Shown here: piece after piece, positions 47,561 through 61,859 of the stretch | Layout of the letters: every line of letters begins with the position of its first letter | Numbering within the stretch: the stretch's first letter is position 1 | From: Glycera tridactyla | Lineage: Eukaryota | Direction: 5' to 3' | NCBI GenBank assembly: GCA_965644265.1 | Contig: OZ286462.1 | Span: forward strand, 7,068,001 to 7,132,000 | DNA: 64,000 nt | Translations under genes and position numbers: made by a program | Notes under the pieces: generated by a model | Seen by the model: only the letters and a program-made list of their open reading frames with translations | What the model was told of the DNA's origin: nothing | Databases searched by the model: none

Positions 47561-48019
47561 GTAAGTTTTCCCTCAATATCGCCCAGGTACCGGCTGCACC
47601 AAGATGTACAATAAACACCGGTTGTCCAGCTGTTACCTCAATTTCTCGGAAATTTGAATTGTATTCAGGCCCAAATTACATAATTCCTTTGCGGCAAACA
47701 GAGGAAATGCGCTTCTAGTGTCAAAAGTAATGTGTTGTCGCTTGTGAATCTGGAATTTCCATTGGACTGTATAACCATCCTCATAGTCATACACAATGAT
47801 CCTAGTGGCTGTGGCCTGGCCTATGTAAAGGATGCTCCAAAGGAAACGAATGACATCTTTCGCTATTAATTTTGATATCCTTTATTGGATATGATATGAA
47901 TCGTCGAGGTAAATTGTGACTATTGATTCAGTCAGTGATGTTGAAAGTAATTTCCCTACCGGAAGGCCAAATTTTGTTTATTCCCTCTTTGTTCATGCAT
48001 TTTCGGCTTTTTCTTTCAG

Positions 48020-48079
48020 GCTGCACTCCCAAAAGCGACTCACTTGGATTTTTCCTGCAATCTGCTCACGAGTGTACCA
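48020..48079 (+). CDS. LRRC59: LRRC59 exon 2
   Basis: AALPKATHLDFSCNLLTSVP; TTTCAG acceptor, GTAAGT donor, 60 nt. Confidence 0.93.
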
Positions 48080-51000
48080 GTAAGTGAATATCAAACATAT
48101 GTGATGTCAGTTTGTGTACTGCATCTCTATTTTCAAACATGAAATATGTGACTGTATTCTTGGTTTCAAAGTGCACTGTTTGGCATCAGTGTGTGAGAGT
48201 ATAGTGTTTGAGAAAGGCGTGAGGGCTAAGGTTAGCCATGAGACATGCTGTCTGTTGAGTACTACATCAAATATTGGTCGACATCCAACCATATAAGGTG
48301 TACAGAATTCAGTTTAGATATAGGTGGTTACTTTCATCTGGGAATATGATTTTTGGTAATGTGTTTCTCGAGGTATGTAAGCAGTAGCTTCAAAGTATTG
48401 AATTTTCACAGTAAATCTGTGAATTGCTTGATCATGTCCAAGATGCTCGAATATGTAGATTGTGGGATTGTAATGATGCATATTCAGGAAATTGTACCAT
48501 ATTTCCAGGGAAATTGTTCGCCATTCATTCACATGATTTTTTGTTGGTAGTGGTCCTGAGATTTTATGGTCCGTTTTCCATCATGCATCAAACCACTGTG
48601 AGGGGTATGAAATCATTAAAATCTTGCTGATAATGAGTCATGGCAACATTTCCTTCAAACTTGTAAATTCTTCGGCAACAATCAGAGTGAATGCCTTTCT
48701 TTCTGGTCATCATCTCATCTCCAAAGGAGATTTGATAAGATAGATGGATATTGTCCAATTCCACTGAAATTTGATAACAGGTTGTGTGATAATTATACCC
48801 CCGCCCAAACAAAGTTTGGAAGGCAGTATACTGGAGTCACTCTCTTGGTCGGATTTAGACTTGGCATATATTATCACCACAAAGTGTAGATGTGCAAGAC
48901 ACAATTTTCATGCAGATTGATCCACCCATTCCAGAGTTATTCACGAAAAAAGACATTTTTTGGTATCTGTGTATTCGGTTGTATCTGTAAGTTTGGAATT
49001 CATTGAGACAGCGGAATTGACGAGGCTCATTAAATTGTCTGTATGGTGTAAGGCCTCTCACAATCCCCTTGGCTTTTCTTTCATTGTTATGTAAGATTCT
49101 CTGGTAATAGACGTGCTACTGCTGCTCTCCTCCATGACTTGTCCATTTCTTCGCTCTCTCCACAATTACATAACACACCCTCAACACACAAACACACATA
49201 TGCATACACTCTCATAGTCAAACCTGCTTGATAGACCACCTCTCTATAAAGACCACCTGCCTATAAATGTCACCCTGAGCTGCTACCATGATTTTTTCTC
49301 CACCAGTAAATGACCTCTATTAAAACCAACTGTCTACAAAGGCCACTTCTTGCAGTGACAGGAGGGGGCCTTATAGACAGGTCAGCTGTACCTTGGCCAT
49401 ATTGCGTACATTCTTAGTCAGTGTTAGAAGTGATTCAAGAAACTTTGTTGCCCGTCAGGCCACTCAATCTCGAGTTATGGTTGCCCGAATGGACAGTGTA
49501 GTAGCCCGGAAATTTGGGAAAAAAATTGGGCACTGGAGAACAATGATTTGACCCTGATTCTAAGATCTGGATATACAGTCGAACCTCTCTATAAAGACCG
49601 CTTTCGGTTGCATAAGAAAGTGGCCTTTGTAGGAGGTGGTCTCTATAGAGAGGTCATTAACTGTTAAGAATACTACCCCAGTCGCAGCTCAGGGTGGTCT
49701 TTATAATGAGGTGGCCTTTAGAGGAGCTTCAACTGTACATGATGAAAGAAGCCCTAGTGAGTCATACTTTTGGGTTGGTTGATTGGTTGGTTGGTTGATT
49801 GGGTGGTTGGTTCTGGTTCAACATCACATCAGCACCATTTGGGCTATATTGTAATTCCCAAGCAATGGGCATGGGTGGGATCTTCCAAGACTCCTCCTTC
49901 TGGGTCCCGAAGAGGAAGGTGAAAATTTATGAAATTCACAGACACTCCAGGTGCCATTTCTGCGATGCCCACTTAGTCACCTCTTACGACATGTAGGGAA
50001 ACATGGGGCCAATTCTTCCCCGGGAGCTTATTTGGGTGAAGAAAACTCACCACACCGAGTGAGACAAGACTACTTTGATGGGACACAAATTCATTAAGTT
50101 CGATATTCTGCATGTTTTGCAATATACAGTTGAACCTCGCCCTGAGCTGCGACCATGGTAGTATTTTCAACAGTAAATGACCTCTCTATGAAGACCGCCT
50201 CCCTATATAGGCCACTTTTTGATGCGACTGAAGGCAGTCCTTAAAGAGAGGTTCAACTTTGAAAACTATGAACAAAATTCTTGCAAATAATGACCCCTCT
50301 TTTCATCTGTGAGATCATGTTATCACTGAGAACATCTTATCATATAACTCAAGCCAGCGAGTTGGAAGTTTTACCATGGCCAGTGTATACACAGAAATCA
50401 GTTGAACATAATTTTTGGAGTTGGAAATTAGAGATTGAGAACACATACAATCAGATCTATATGAATCAAAAAGTACTGAGAGTGGGGATAGTATCAAAGA
50501 GAGCATGAATCCATTCCTGATGTTGATGAATTTGGTATGTACAGGCAGTTACCATGACAACTGATCAGTAGTATCACACAGCTGGTGGCCCGATGGAGCC
50601 ACAAAATGAAGTGATCAGTTGCCCGACACCCATTCCTGGTTGCCCCGGCGCCTAGGGCCCACAACATTTCGAACCCTGTTAGTATCTAAGTGGCGGCGGG
50701 GGTATTTTAGTCACCTCTGTGACAAAGCTCTAGTTTTCCAAGTGAGATGGAAACTTATATTTTGAAAGCAAGAAAGCAACCTGCTGAGTGATACGTTCAG
50801 TTGAATGAAATTCAAGAGACCACCATGCAGAGCTTGCTAGCAAGGGTTGTCCCGTTGTCCAGTACAAGTGGAAATCCATGGTGGATAAGCAAATTTCATA
50901 ACCAACTTGCCCGTTGGACAAAGGCAGTTTTCTTCATAATCTATGTATGATAATGACTTGGACCAGTATGAATATTGGGTGGACAACCAGAAATTTTATA

Positions 51001-51284
51001 TCACTTTTCCGCTTGCACGACTGATTGAAAACCTTAATATCATGCCCTGCCACCTCTGCACAATGACCAACTGCCTACAGAGGCCAACCAGGCTGTGATT
51101 GTAATAGTATTTTCAACAGTAAATAACTTCTCAATCATTAGAATTTTTTGTGACTAAGGGTTGCTCTTGTAAATAGCATTGAATGTTCTTTGGCCATTTT
51201 TTGCACCAAATTGTTTTTTTGCCGGACATGTTTCAACAATGACAAACATGCACATCTTCAAGAGAATTTCTGTTTGTTTTTCAG

Positions 51285-51548
51285 GCTGATTTTTGCAGAT
51301 TGCAGCACATTGTCAAGTTGGATCTGAGTAAGAACTCACTGACATCATTACCAGACAACTTTGGCCAGCTGCAGAAGTTGAAACACTTGGACTTGTTTGC
51401 CAACCAGCTGACATCGCTACCAGTCAGTTTCTGTCATCTGAAGAATCTCAAGTGGCTCGACCTGAAAGACAACCCGCTGACTGAACCACTCAACACCATA
51501 GCTGGAGACTGTCTTGACAGCAATCAGTGTCAGAAATGTGCCGTTAGT
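51285..51548 (+). CDS. LRRC59: LRRC59 exon 3 (LRR repeats)
   Basis: [17 protein letters not shown]...[11 protein letters not shown]...[17 protein letters not shown]; 264 nt, canonical splice sites. Confidence 0.95.
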
Positions 51549-51962
51549 GTAAGTGTCAGGGATGGGATTGTCCATGGGTTTCCAGGATTGTGATCAATAA
51601 TTACAGGACCGAAAAGCGCATTTTGTGCTGATTAATTTGGATTTTAGATCATGAAAATTGGACCAGAATTAGTGGAGATAGAGCACATCTCATTTATATG
51701 CAGTCACAGTAGCCATTAGTCAGCACTTATTGGGGTTTTCTGGTTCACAAAATCTTGATTAAAAAGGCCTCTGGTCAGATTTTCAGTATTTTTGGTTGAG
51801 TCAATTTTGAGCTAATTTTCCGAAAAATTTTGTTATTCCAAAATTTGCACAAGAATTAGTATATGATTGTATTAAAAACTATATTCCCAAACGTTTGACT
51901 TTATCTTATCGACATCACTAATTGTAAATGATGATTCACTGCCGGATCTGAGTGGAATATAC

Positions 51963-53815
51963 TAGGGGTGAAACGATACGGTTTCGTCGCGATACGATAC
52001 GTTCCACGATACACCACTCACGATACGATACGTTCCATGATACCTCCCAAGTCATATACTGGTTATTGAAGTAGAAGTGAGCTATTGCTCCATGATGAAA
52101 TCGGCCAGGTGTTACATAATACAGGGGAGAACAACATGCCATATAGTTTTGTGTGGAATTGATTAAGTTGTGAGCATTTCACAAACAGGAAGTAACTTAT
52201 TATTCTGGATGGAGGGGGGGGGGGCATCGAATATTATGATTAACAAGAATAGAAGTTCCCTGCTCGTTGCTATGTCCTTGTTCACATGATAACTGTCTGT
52301 ATGTGAGCGAAACTGCAATGACTTAAAGTTTTGCAGGAAACTGATTAGTCTTGTGAACATCTCACAAACAGGAAGTAGATGAATAGGCTGTGATTGAGTT
52401 TGACAAGAAAGATCTTTTCCAGGGCTAAAAAATGGAGTCTGGGTGCTACAAACATGCTTAAATCTGTTTATAACTGTGAGTTGTGGGTGTTATGGTTGGG
52501 GAAATATTCCATTTGAAGCAGTTTACAAACATAGAGTTTATTGTTAGCATGTTCACATTTCACTACCCCCAATTTTGACAAGCAAAAACGATCTTTCTAA
52601 GTGCTTGAAAATGCAGTCTGACAGCTACAAGCATGCAAAATTCTGCTTTTGACTTCAAGTTATGGATGGTTTTGTGGGGGAGTAATTCATTTGGATGCAG
52701 CTTACAAACTAATGGGTGATTATCAGCACCTTCACTGGCACCACTCCTGAGTTTGACAGGTAAAAACGATCTTTTTCAGGACTATAAAATGTAGTCAGAC
52801 AGCTATAAAACACACTCTATTCTGCATGAAACTGGGGGATATTGGTGTCTTTCAAGCCTAGACACTATTATTTTGACCGCAGAAGTCTACAAGTGGTCAA
52901 ATACAGACATTTAATAACAGTAGGTGTCATGGAAACACACTCCTGCATGAAGCAGCCAATCCTCCTTCTTACCATCTTGACAGCAAAAATCACCATGTCA
53001 GCTCGAATGACATGCCACAAAATATATCCAGGAGTATTCCTGGATGATCAAATATGTATCCCACACATGACTGCATCCATAAGAATCGCGATAACAGATG
53101 AAAAACAGCAAGGAAAATACAACAAGAAACTCTGATCTCCATCTTGGGTGGGAAGTTCTGTGATGATGTCATCACTCTTTGTATACTTCCTGGTTGGGGA
53201 TCCCTCCAAAATTAGCTCTCTACTCTGCTATTCCAGGCCCTTACTCTTGATATAAAAACAAGTTTTGCCATTGTGAATAAGACTAAGGTGATGGGTGGAT
53301 CTGGTCTATCATAGAATGGGGCATCAGCAGCGTGGTTTTGCGGGCCACACCACCAGGCAGCGGGAGCAGCAGCAGCAGTGGGGCTGGCTGTCAGGCAGCG
53401 CTCTCTTCACCTCCCGAGCCGCAGGCACTGGATGCAGGCACCGGGTGGAGGGAGCAGACACAGTCGCTCGCTATGAGAGCGAGTCTTGGGGCAAGTGCAG
53501 GTGCATGCTGTCACAGGTATCGACGAACAGAGTGTTCATCGGCAGCTGCTGCTGGGCGATACACATCACCCTCCCCGCATCTACCCCTGCCCAAGACTCA
53601 CACATGTAGCAGGTGACTGTGGGAGCAGGGTAGCCTGATCTCAAGCACGCTGCTCACTCTCCTCTGCATACAGACCCGCCGGCGTGACAATAACTGCTGG
53701 CGCAATTTTTTGCCTGCGCTGTATCGTATCATGTTTTGACCGTGTGTATCGTGGTGTGAATCGATGTGTCATGTTCGGCGATGCATCGGTGTACCGGTGA
53801 ATTGTTTCGTCCCAA
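51963..53815. mobile_element. hAT-like non-autonomous element in LRRC59 intron 3
   Basis: 8-bp TSD GAATATAC (51955-51962, 53816-53823). Imperfect TIR TAGGGGTGAAAC / GTTTCGTCCCAA with CGATAC subterminal repeats. Confidence 0.8.
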
Positions 53816-53991
53816 GAATATACTAGGTTGAACAATGATTGGCAGATTTTGAGCTGCCATTGATCCTCTGGAACCTATTTTGACCAACTAGAAAAGTGAT
53901 GATGATGACCCACAATCATTTTAGGAATATTGATTGATGTGCTAGGTCATGCTTTACAAACTTCTCCTCATTTGACTGTCTCTATTTGCAG

Positions 53992-54064
53992 GTGATAAGC
54001 TACATGAAAAAAGTTGAATCAGAGCTAGAGAGAATCAAACAGAAGCGACTTGCTGAGGAACGAG
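53992..54064 (+). CDS. LRRC59: LRRC59 exon 4
   Basis: VISYMKKVESELERIKQKRLAEER; TTGCAG acceptor, G|GTGAGT donor, 73 nt. Confidence 0.9.
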
Positions 54065-55956
54065 GTGAGTTTTGGTTCCCTAATCTCAGTTTATCTGAGT
54101 ATATCTCTAGCGTGAATGCAGCAACATATGGCAGAAAGAAGTACTTTATGCGTGTTATCTTGGTTTTCATGAGATCATGAAGATGAGGCCCAGAATTTGT
54201 AGATTATTCAATACAACCTGTCATCTTACATTTCTTGTATCATGTTCATTGACAATAGACAGATTTTTTTATTTATACAGGCGTGACACAGCGTTATACA
54301 CAGAAAAACACACATATATCAATTACAAGCATTCAGACCGGGGCCTGGTTTGCTGCTGGAACCTATTTCCTGGAAAATCCTTAAATGTCAAATTTATGTA
54401 TGGATATATCACATAATAAATAAATTCACGCAGGATTATACTTATAATAGGATACTTATAATATATAGATGATGTAATTCTCCTTTCCTTCAAAACCAAG
54501 AATTGTACCTAATTAGTCACTAGGTTTCTATTGGGGGTGTGTAATGCTTGTACTCTGAGTGTTCTAACGTTCATGGTAGCTTGTTTGTTAGCTGATGGAA
54601 TGTACATGCAGTATGATGAGCAGGGCCCGTAGCCAGCCTGGAATCCTGGAAAAAATATGGAATTTGGTTTAGAGCTTTTCCAGGCCTTGAAAAAGTATGG
54701 AATGTGGCTATATCCCCATTTCAGTCTGGAAAAAGTATGGAATTTGATCTCATTTGCTCTGACCTGCCTATGAAAGGTGTTATTGTTTCCAGTTCATTTG
54801 TGGATCACTGACAAGTGAGTTGTAGATCAGTACAAGAAATATCTTTAAACAATTAGTTATACCCCCGCCCAAAAAAAGTTTGGAAGGGGGTATACTGGAG
54901 TCACTCTGTTGGTTGGTTGGTTGGTCGGTCGGTCGGTCGGTCGGTCGGTCGGTCGGTCGGTCGGTCGGTCGGTCGGTCGGTTGGTCTGTCCGCAAAAGTT
55001 TGTCCGGTGAACTACTCCCACATTTCTCAAGCTATTGGATTGAGAGTTGGCATATGTCATCACCATGAAGTGTAGATGTGCAAGACACAATTTTCGTGCA
55101 GATTGATCCACTAATTCCAGAGTTATTTGAGAAAAATGAAGATTTTTTGTATTTGTGTGTTTGGTTCTTTCTGTAAGTTTGGATTTTGAGGCAGCCGGAA
55201 ATCAACAAGTCTGATTCATTGTCTGTATGATGCAAGGCCTCTCACACTGCCCTTGGCTGTCCTTTCATGGTTATGTAACGCTCTCCGTAATAGACATGGT
55301 TCTGTTGCTGTTCTATATATGACCCCATTTATTCCTTTGCTCCCCCCCCCCCGTCACACACACAGTCAAACCTGCTCAAGAGACCACCTCTCTACAAAGA
55401 CCACCTACCTTTAAAGGCCACCTGAGCTGCAACTGTGATAATAATCTCAACAGTAAATGACCTCTATGAAATCCACCTGTCTATAAAGGCCACTTTTTTG
55501 TGACAGGCTTGCTTTCCCTTGGCCATATTGTGTACAGTCGGTGTCAAAGTGGCGGCGCTGGTATTTTTAGTCACCTCTGTGACAAAGCTCTAGTTTTCAA
55601 TAAAGACAGAGTAGACAGGCAACTCAGCCTTCAGCAGAGAATGACGAATATCCCTGTTGATTGCCATCAGGTGCATTCACTCCATGGGGGGGGGGGGCAC
55701 TTTCCCGGCATCTGACCTGAAAGTAGCCTGAAAAAAATTGGATCCAGGCCTGGAAAATTTCTGGAAAAAGTATGGAATTTGCTTTTCAAATTTGGCTATG
55801 AATCCTGAATCTTCAAGACAGACTAGATGTCATGGCGGTTGGGCAATTATTCGAACGTGAATTCTACTTGGATATCATCTCTCTTTATATGGAAATCTTC
55901 ACTGCAGAATTAGTGAGTGTACATGTACTGTAACATGAATCATTTGTCTGTTTTAG

Positions 55957-56127
55957 AACAAGAGGCTGCCAAAAAAGCAGAAGAGAAAAAGGAGATAGAA
56001 CGAGTTCGTGCTGAAAAGAAAGCAGCAAAACTGAAACGCAAACTCGAAATAGAAGCTGAGAAAGCTGCACGGGCGGCTGCACAGAGAGAGGAAAGTGCCG
56101 ACAGTGAAGAGGTGGAATCAAGTTGCA
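55957..56127 (+). CDS. LRRC59: LRRC59 exon 5 (charged coiled coil)
   Basis: E/K/A-rich helix; TTTTAG acceptor, A|GTAAGT donor, 171 nt, phase 1-1. Confidence 0.88.
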
Positions 56128-56246
56128 GTAAGTGAAGCATGGTGATTCTAAATTTGTGTGTATGAGAAACACATCACTAGTTTAAACCTGTAACAATATA
56201 ACCTTCGAGGAGACCACCTCCAGTAGGAGACCACTTTCCTAGATGA

Positions 56247-56534
56247 CATAATCAAAAATATCTATAGACCAACTCTTTTGAGACACCACTTTGGTGTCAT
56301 TCCGAGTGGTCTCTCATTCTAGATTTCACTGTGACAAATGTGACAAATCAAAAATATCTATAGACCAACTCTTTTGAGACACCACTTTGGTGTCATTCCG
56401 AGTGGTCTCTCATTCTAGAATTCACTGTGACAAATGTGACAAATCAAAAATAACTATAGACCAACTCTTTTGAGACACCACTTTGGTGTCATTCCGAGTG
56501 GTCTCTCATTCTAGATTTCACTGTGACAAATGGG
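56247..56534. repeat. Three tandem 96-bp units derived from the MITE terminus
   Basis: CCAACTCTTTTGAGACACC at 56269, 56365 and 56461. Confidence 0.9.
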
Positions 56535-56901
56535 AGAGCATCCACATCAAATATGATTACAGTGAAACCTGCGAAGAGACACTACGACAAGGGACAGCAT
56601 CCATTGAGAGACTGCTTTTGCAGGGCAGCTTTTCTATTTGACATAGTCAAATATAACTCCGACGAGAGACCACCTCTTTTGAGAGACCACTTTTTGGTGA
56701 CAGTTAGGGTGGTCTCTCATTGCAGGCACCACTGTATCCTCCAATATTTGGATGATCAGAAATCAGCCAAAGTCATGCAATTAAAGAATCAGAGAAGGTG
56801 AAATGCAGATGTGATTCTAGCAAAATTACTCTGATTGACGAACATATAATGGTTGCTGGTGCTGGGTACTGTACCTCACATGCACATTCATTTTAAGCAT
56901 G

Positions 56902-56948
<47 letters not shown>

Positions 56949-57456
56949 TTTTTGATTAATTTCATGTCAGTGACATGATGCCCAGGGAACAGGTCCATGA
57001 AATGTGTCAAATAACCAAGCCCAATTTTTAGGTTTCATACGGGGTTTGAACCCACAACCTCTAGGCAAGGCACCCATCGCCAGCAACGCACTGTGTGCTG
57101 CCTACCGCTTACCCCACCAAGGCACCCCACAAAAAGGGGAGCTCAATGAGCAGCAGCAGCAGCAGGCGAGCACTGACAATGCATCACCCCCAGCGGTCAT
57201 GGAATCATGATACCTGGCACTGGCTGTTACACACTTTTTTGATCAATTTCATGTCAGTGACATGANNNNNNNNNNNNNNNNNNNNNNNNNNNNNNNNNNN
57301 NNNNNNNNNNNNNNNNNNNNNNNNNNNNNNNNNNNNNNNNNNNNNNNNNNNNNNNNNNNNNNNNNNNNNNNNNNNNNNNNNNNNNNNNNNNNNNNNNNNN
57401 NNNNNNNNNNNNNNNNNNNNNNTGAAACTATCTAATAACATTATACTTATTTTCAG

Positions 57457-57504
57457 ATGAACTGAAAGCTAATGGAGTTCACCAACATAAACAGAAAGAA
57501 AGAA
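57457..57504 (+). CDS. LRRC59: LRRC59 exon 6
   Basis: NELKANGVHQHKQKER; TTTTCAG acceptor, A|GTAAGT donor, 48 nt, phase 1-1. An N gap lies just upstream. Confidence 0.75.
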
Positions 57505-57888
57505 GTAAGTTTTCTCTCTTTTTCTTAAAATTTCTTCACATTAACATTGGGCTAAACCTTGTGAAATTCAGTTAGGCAAATTCTAATGCAACTGCCCCAG
57601 TCAAGTGGCATATTGAGAATCCAGTTGCTGACATATGCTCGGTTGAACAGTGATGTTATTGGTCGATCAGTGTGTAGTTAAACATTCTAGAAATGCCTTA
57701 GTGGGTACCCATAATGAACTGCTTGCCTGATCACATATTTTACTTGCCCACGACAATAATGCAATTTCTATTTGCACATGAAAAAAAAAATATGCATGGG
57801 AATTCAGATTAATTTTGCTGATTTGATTTGGATAAAATCTTTGATTATTCAGTCAATCATTGACAGCTTTATGATTTGTTGCCTTCAG

Positions 57889-58094
57889 GTGGCTGGAGTT
57901 GCTGTGGTGTGTTCATATCCTTCATCTTCGGACTCATCGTCATTGCAGTCGGACTGTACTTTTACTGTGAGACACGCAAGGATGACAAGATGTGTCATGC
58001 ATGCCGTGAAGTATTGACGGACTATTATGTAATCACCCGGAGATACGTAAACAGAACCGTGGAGCAGATCAAGCAGTACTTGGACAAGAAATAA
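57889..58094 (+). CDS. LRRC59: LRRC59 last exon (transmembrane helix + lumenal tail)
   Basis: SGWSCCGVFISFIFGLIVIAVGLYFYC...YLDKK*. The joined CDS is 912 nt (303 aa), similar in length to human LRRC59. Confidence 0.9.
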
Positions 58095-61029
58095 ACAATC
58101 TCTTGAGTGCCTTTATAATTCACAGATTAAGGAAAAAACAGGTCATCATGCAGAAACCATTAATATATGTGTTTAAATGGAGTGGGTGTTCACAGTTCAA
58201 CATCGTTCCCGTACTCTGGTGTAATCTGTCAGTCAGCCTAGTACTAAGGAATGACCTCAGGACATGTGCCTTCCTGCATTTTTAGAGAAGAATTACACGT
58301 CTTATATTGCGTTTCATGGGAATTCCATGAGGGCTTTGATATGTCAGCAATGATCAGTGGTGTCAATTTTCCACAAATTTTCAAAAATCCAAAAATTGGG
58401 AGATAAATTTTAATTTAGAAAATCTTGTTAATACATGTAGTTTCGGGACTGACACTTTTGAGAAGATATAGTGGCCATAATTCCACAAATTTAGCTTTAT
58501 CTCCTTGATATCACTGGATGATACAGAGAATCACATCAAGTGGTCAGTCGTACAAAACTTTCAATGAATATTGTGTAAAAATATACAAAAAGTTTGGGAT
58601 GTGTGAGAAACGTGCTTGTTGGAAAGTGTTGAGCTGAGTTTGTCTTGCACGGTCTGAAGGCAGGCATTATTGAACACACAGCTCAGCTTCAGGCTCAGTA
58701 CATGAAGACCCATGAATAACCCCAGAATTCTTAAGGGATAATACAATAAAGTTAAAAATAGAGGGATGTAGAGCGGGAATGACCATTCCCATTGCATCAC
58801 CATCAAAATACAGTGAAACCTGTCTTGGGAGACTGCCCAAAATGCCAACGAAAAGTGGTCTCTCAAGACAGGTGGTCTCTCATTGGAGGTGTATTTGACT
58901 ATGTTGAATAGAGAAGAGTCGATAGAGTGGTCTCTCATTAGAGGGTGGTCTCCCAAAAGAGGGGTCTTCCAAGACAGGTTTCACTGTATAGTGCATATGT
59001 CACTGACACGATGTTGACTCAGAACTAACCCACCAGCGCCCCACCCCAATTTTCCAAATCATTCAATAGCATGCCTATCCAGAATTCCAAATCAGTTTCC
59101 AGTCTGCCCCTCACTTGTAGGTGGCAGAGCCAGTAAGGTAGGTGAGCTCTGCTTCAGTGTGGTGGATCAACTTCTGCTATAGTGATCAGGGTTTGTACAG
59201 CCCTGGAAAATACTTCAGATTTAATCGACTCAGTCCCGTGCTAATCCTAGTGATATAACATGCTCTGCCGTGCAATCGGGCCTCACCTGTTTAATGCATT
59301 TGATAGTTGTATATATGTCTGCAGTGTTGGATATCGGGGGAGATTATGAGACATTTGTCTCACATATGAGTGTAATGTCTCACATTTTGAAGTGATGAGA
59401 CATGTCTCACTTCAGTCGCACCCGAGAGAAAACACTTGTAAGATTTGTTCCATATTCACGTGAATTGTCTCACATTTCGAATAGTGGCGAGACGAATGTC
59501 TCACTTCAGCCATACCTCAGAGCCAACACTGTGTCTGTATTGTCAGTGGACAGCTCCGATCTAAAAATCATTTACCATTCACTGGCTGTACAGACGACCA
59601 GCAACTACAATTCCTGTTATCCTAGGTGACTCCTCTTTTAAGACCAGTTCAGATGGAAGAATCCGTCACTGATAGGTAACTTCCTATTTCACCACCTAGG
59701 CGAGTAGTGATAAGATCGCTAGATGGAAATGAATCAGTTGTGCAATGATACTGATTTTCGGGGAAACTGGATGAGAAAATTGAATTCCAAAAGTTGGTCA
59801 ATCTGCTACAAAGTTTCAAATTTAATAGCCTTGATAGTGTATGGGGTATGATGTCCTCACTAAAGATGACCATATTTCAGACAATTTTGTCTCATCCGCT
59901 GAAAGCAGCATTGGTTGCAGAGTTGGCTGGACATGAGTCCTCCTCCATGGAAAAGTTGGGGGAATATAGGAAATGCAGGTATCTGGTTGTGCCCAGGCCA
60001 TAGCAGGTTGTCTCTGGCCAGGCTTTTGAAGCACTTCAGACTATCTGCGACAAGCATTGGCTGTCATTTTCTCCCCCCCCCCCCCCCCCACCCTCCGTGG
60101 TTTGTATGGTTTGCCAATTTGGTTTAAGAGTGTTCCAAACTAGAATGTGATAATTACCAGGAAATCTCAGTATGTAGGTGTGGGATCATCTTGAACCAAT
60201 TCACTTGATTGTGTACCCCATATTCTCTGTGATGATCTAGAATTTTCTCACTTATTGGATCCCCAAAGTTGACCTTGCATTTTCTTACTGCCGTGATATG
60301 GGGGGGGGGGGGGGGAGTAATCTATTCTTGTAGCAAGAACTGCTGGCATAATCACCAATATGGGCAAGTTCAAAATTCAAAAATAAGTTTGCATTTATAG
60401 AAAAAAAAATATGGTCTACACTACAAATGCAAAACGAAATATATTACCAGCAGGCTAATTTACTCTCTTTTTTGAAGCTGTTGTTTTGGTGAGAATTTTT
60501 ATGTTGTTTGCACATTTAACAATTGTTTGTTGTTGCAATTGATTGAGTGTATGTATGATTTTACTTGATCACAGTCAAATGTCATGACGATCCATATTGC
60601 CGGTAGAAGGCTGTAAGAAACACTACATGAAGAAACGTTTTATTCTGTTTCAAAAGAATTTGTATGAAAAATCCCGACTTTGCATTTATTTGATAACAAT
60701 TTGCACATATCTTCACACTTGAAGTATGCTTTTGATTGTTTTCTGCAGAATACATGCTGTCAAATTGACACTGGTTTTGTAATGGAAGCGTAGAGAAAAG
60801 TCCTGATGGAATACATCAATGCCGGATTACTGTACTGGGCAAGGTTGTCTTGAAATCTCTCAAGTAGTACAATTTTCTAGGTGTTTCTAGGAGTTTTCGG
60901 TAATTTTACACAATAACTTGGGATGCAACCTCTAAAAATGCAATCAATCCCAATGTGTCAATTATTTAATCAAGGTTGCCATATGTTATAAAATACCACT
61001 GTCTTTATGCATTTTCAGGATATATCTTT

Positions 61030-61105
61030 AATAATAATATTAATAATAATAATGTGCATTTATATAGCGCCTTTTCCTCAAGGAGCTCGAGGGCGCTTCA
61101 CATAG
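61030..61105 (-). mobile_element. 3' tail of an L2-type LINE/SINE
   Basis: Minus strand GCGCTATATAAATGCACATTATTATT, with a (TTA)n tail. Confidence 0.5.
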
Positions 61106-61859
61106 GCATGTGAAGCCTTTTTTTCCATCTTTGTTCTTGTGGTTATTTTATTGGAGCTGTTTTGCTTCCACAAAGAAAGTGTTTTGTTGATGGTTATCCT
61201 CGCATTTGAATATATGTGCCGTTGAACCTCAACACAACCAAACCAATCTGTGAGGTCACATTATAAAGTGTTTCGTGACATTCTGAAGGTTTATTATGCC
61301 CTTGCTTGTTTTGTTGTGATGGCATTCCAGTGTTTTTGAACCAGTCAATNNNNNNNNNNNNNNNNNNNNNNNNNNNNNNNNNNNNNNNNNNNNNNNNNNN
61401 NNNNNNNNNNNNNNNNNNNNNNNNNNNNNNNNNNNNNNNNNNNNNNNNNNNNNNNNNNNNNNNNNNNNNNNNNNNNNNNNNNNNNNNNNNNNNNNNNNTT
61501 CGTGCGTGTGTGTGTGTGTCCGTTGCATCCAGAGAGGGGACATGGGTGCCTTTCATACATTCTGTTACCTATGGCCCCATTCCACGGCAATCAGGGGTCA
61601 TTATCCTTCACTACGCTGAAGGGTAGGGCTTAGAATGCAGTTCCTGGCTACTGACTGGGACTGCTCACGATTTGAATAGACTGACATGATTAATGGCAGT
61701 CATAAAACTTCGAAGCCTGCGTGTGAACCCCACTGATTCCTCCTTATTCCTCTCGTGCTCACGGGACTCGCACACGTTTCTACTTAGCTCCCGCTAAAAC
61801 ACGGTTTTGAGCAAGTTTTCGCACGAATTCTCAAGTTTTTTCACGAACTTTTGACACGA

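Noticed and set aside
53295-53616. Two overlapping ~100-aa ORFs as an extra LRRC59 exon
   Set aside because: Inside the hAT-like insertion; exons 3 and 4 already join in frame and match LRRC59.
57030-57120. tRNA gene suggested by GGTTCAAACCCC B-box
   Set aside because: No complete cloverleaf; it continues into the SINE body shared with other copies.
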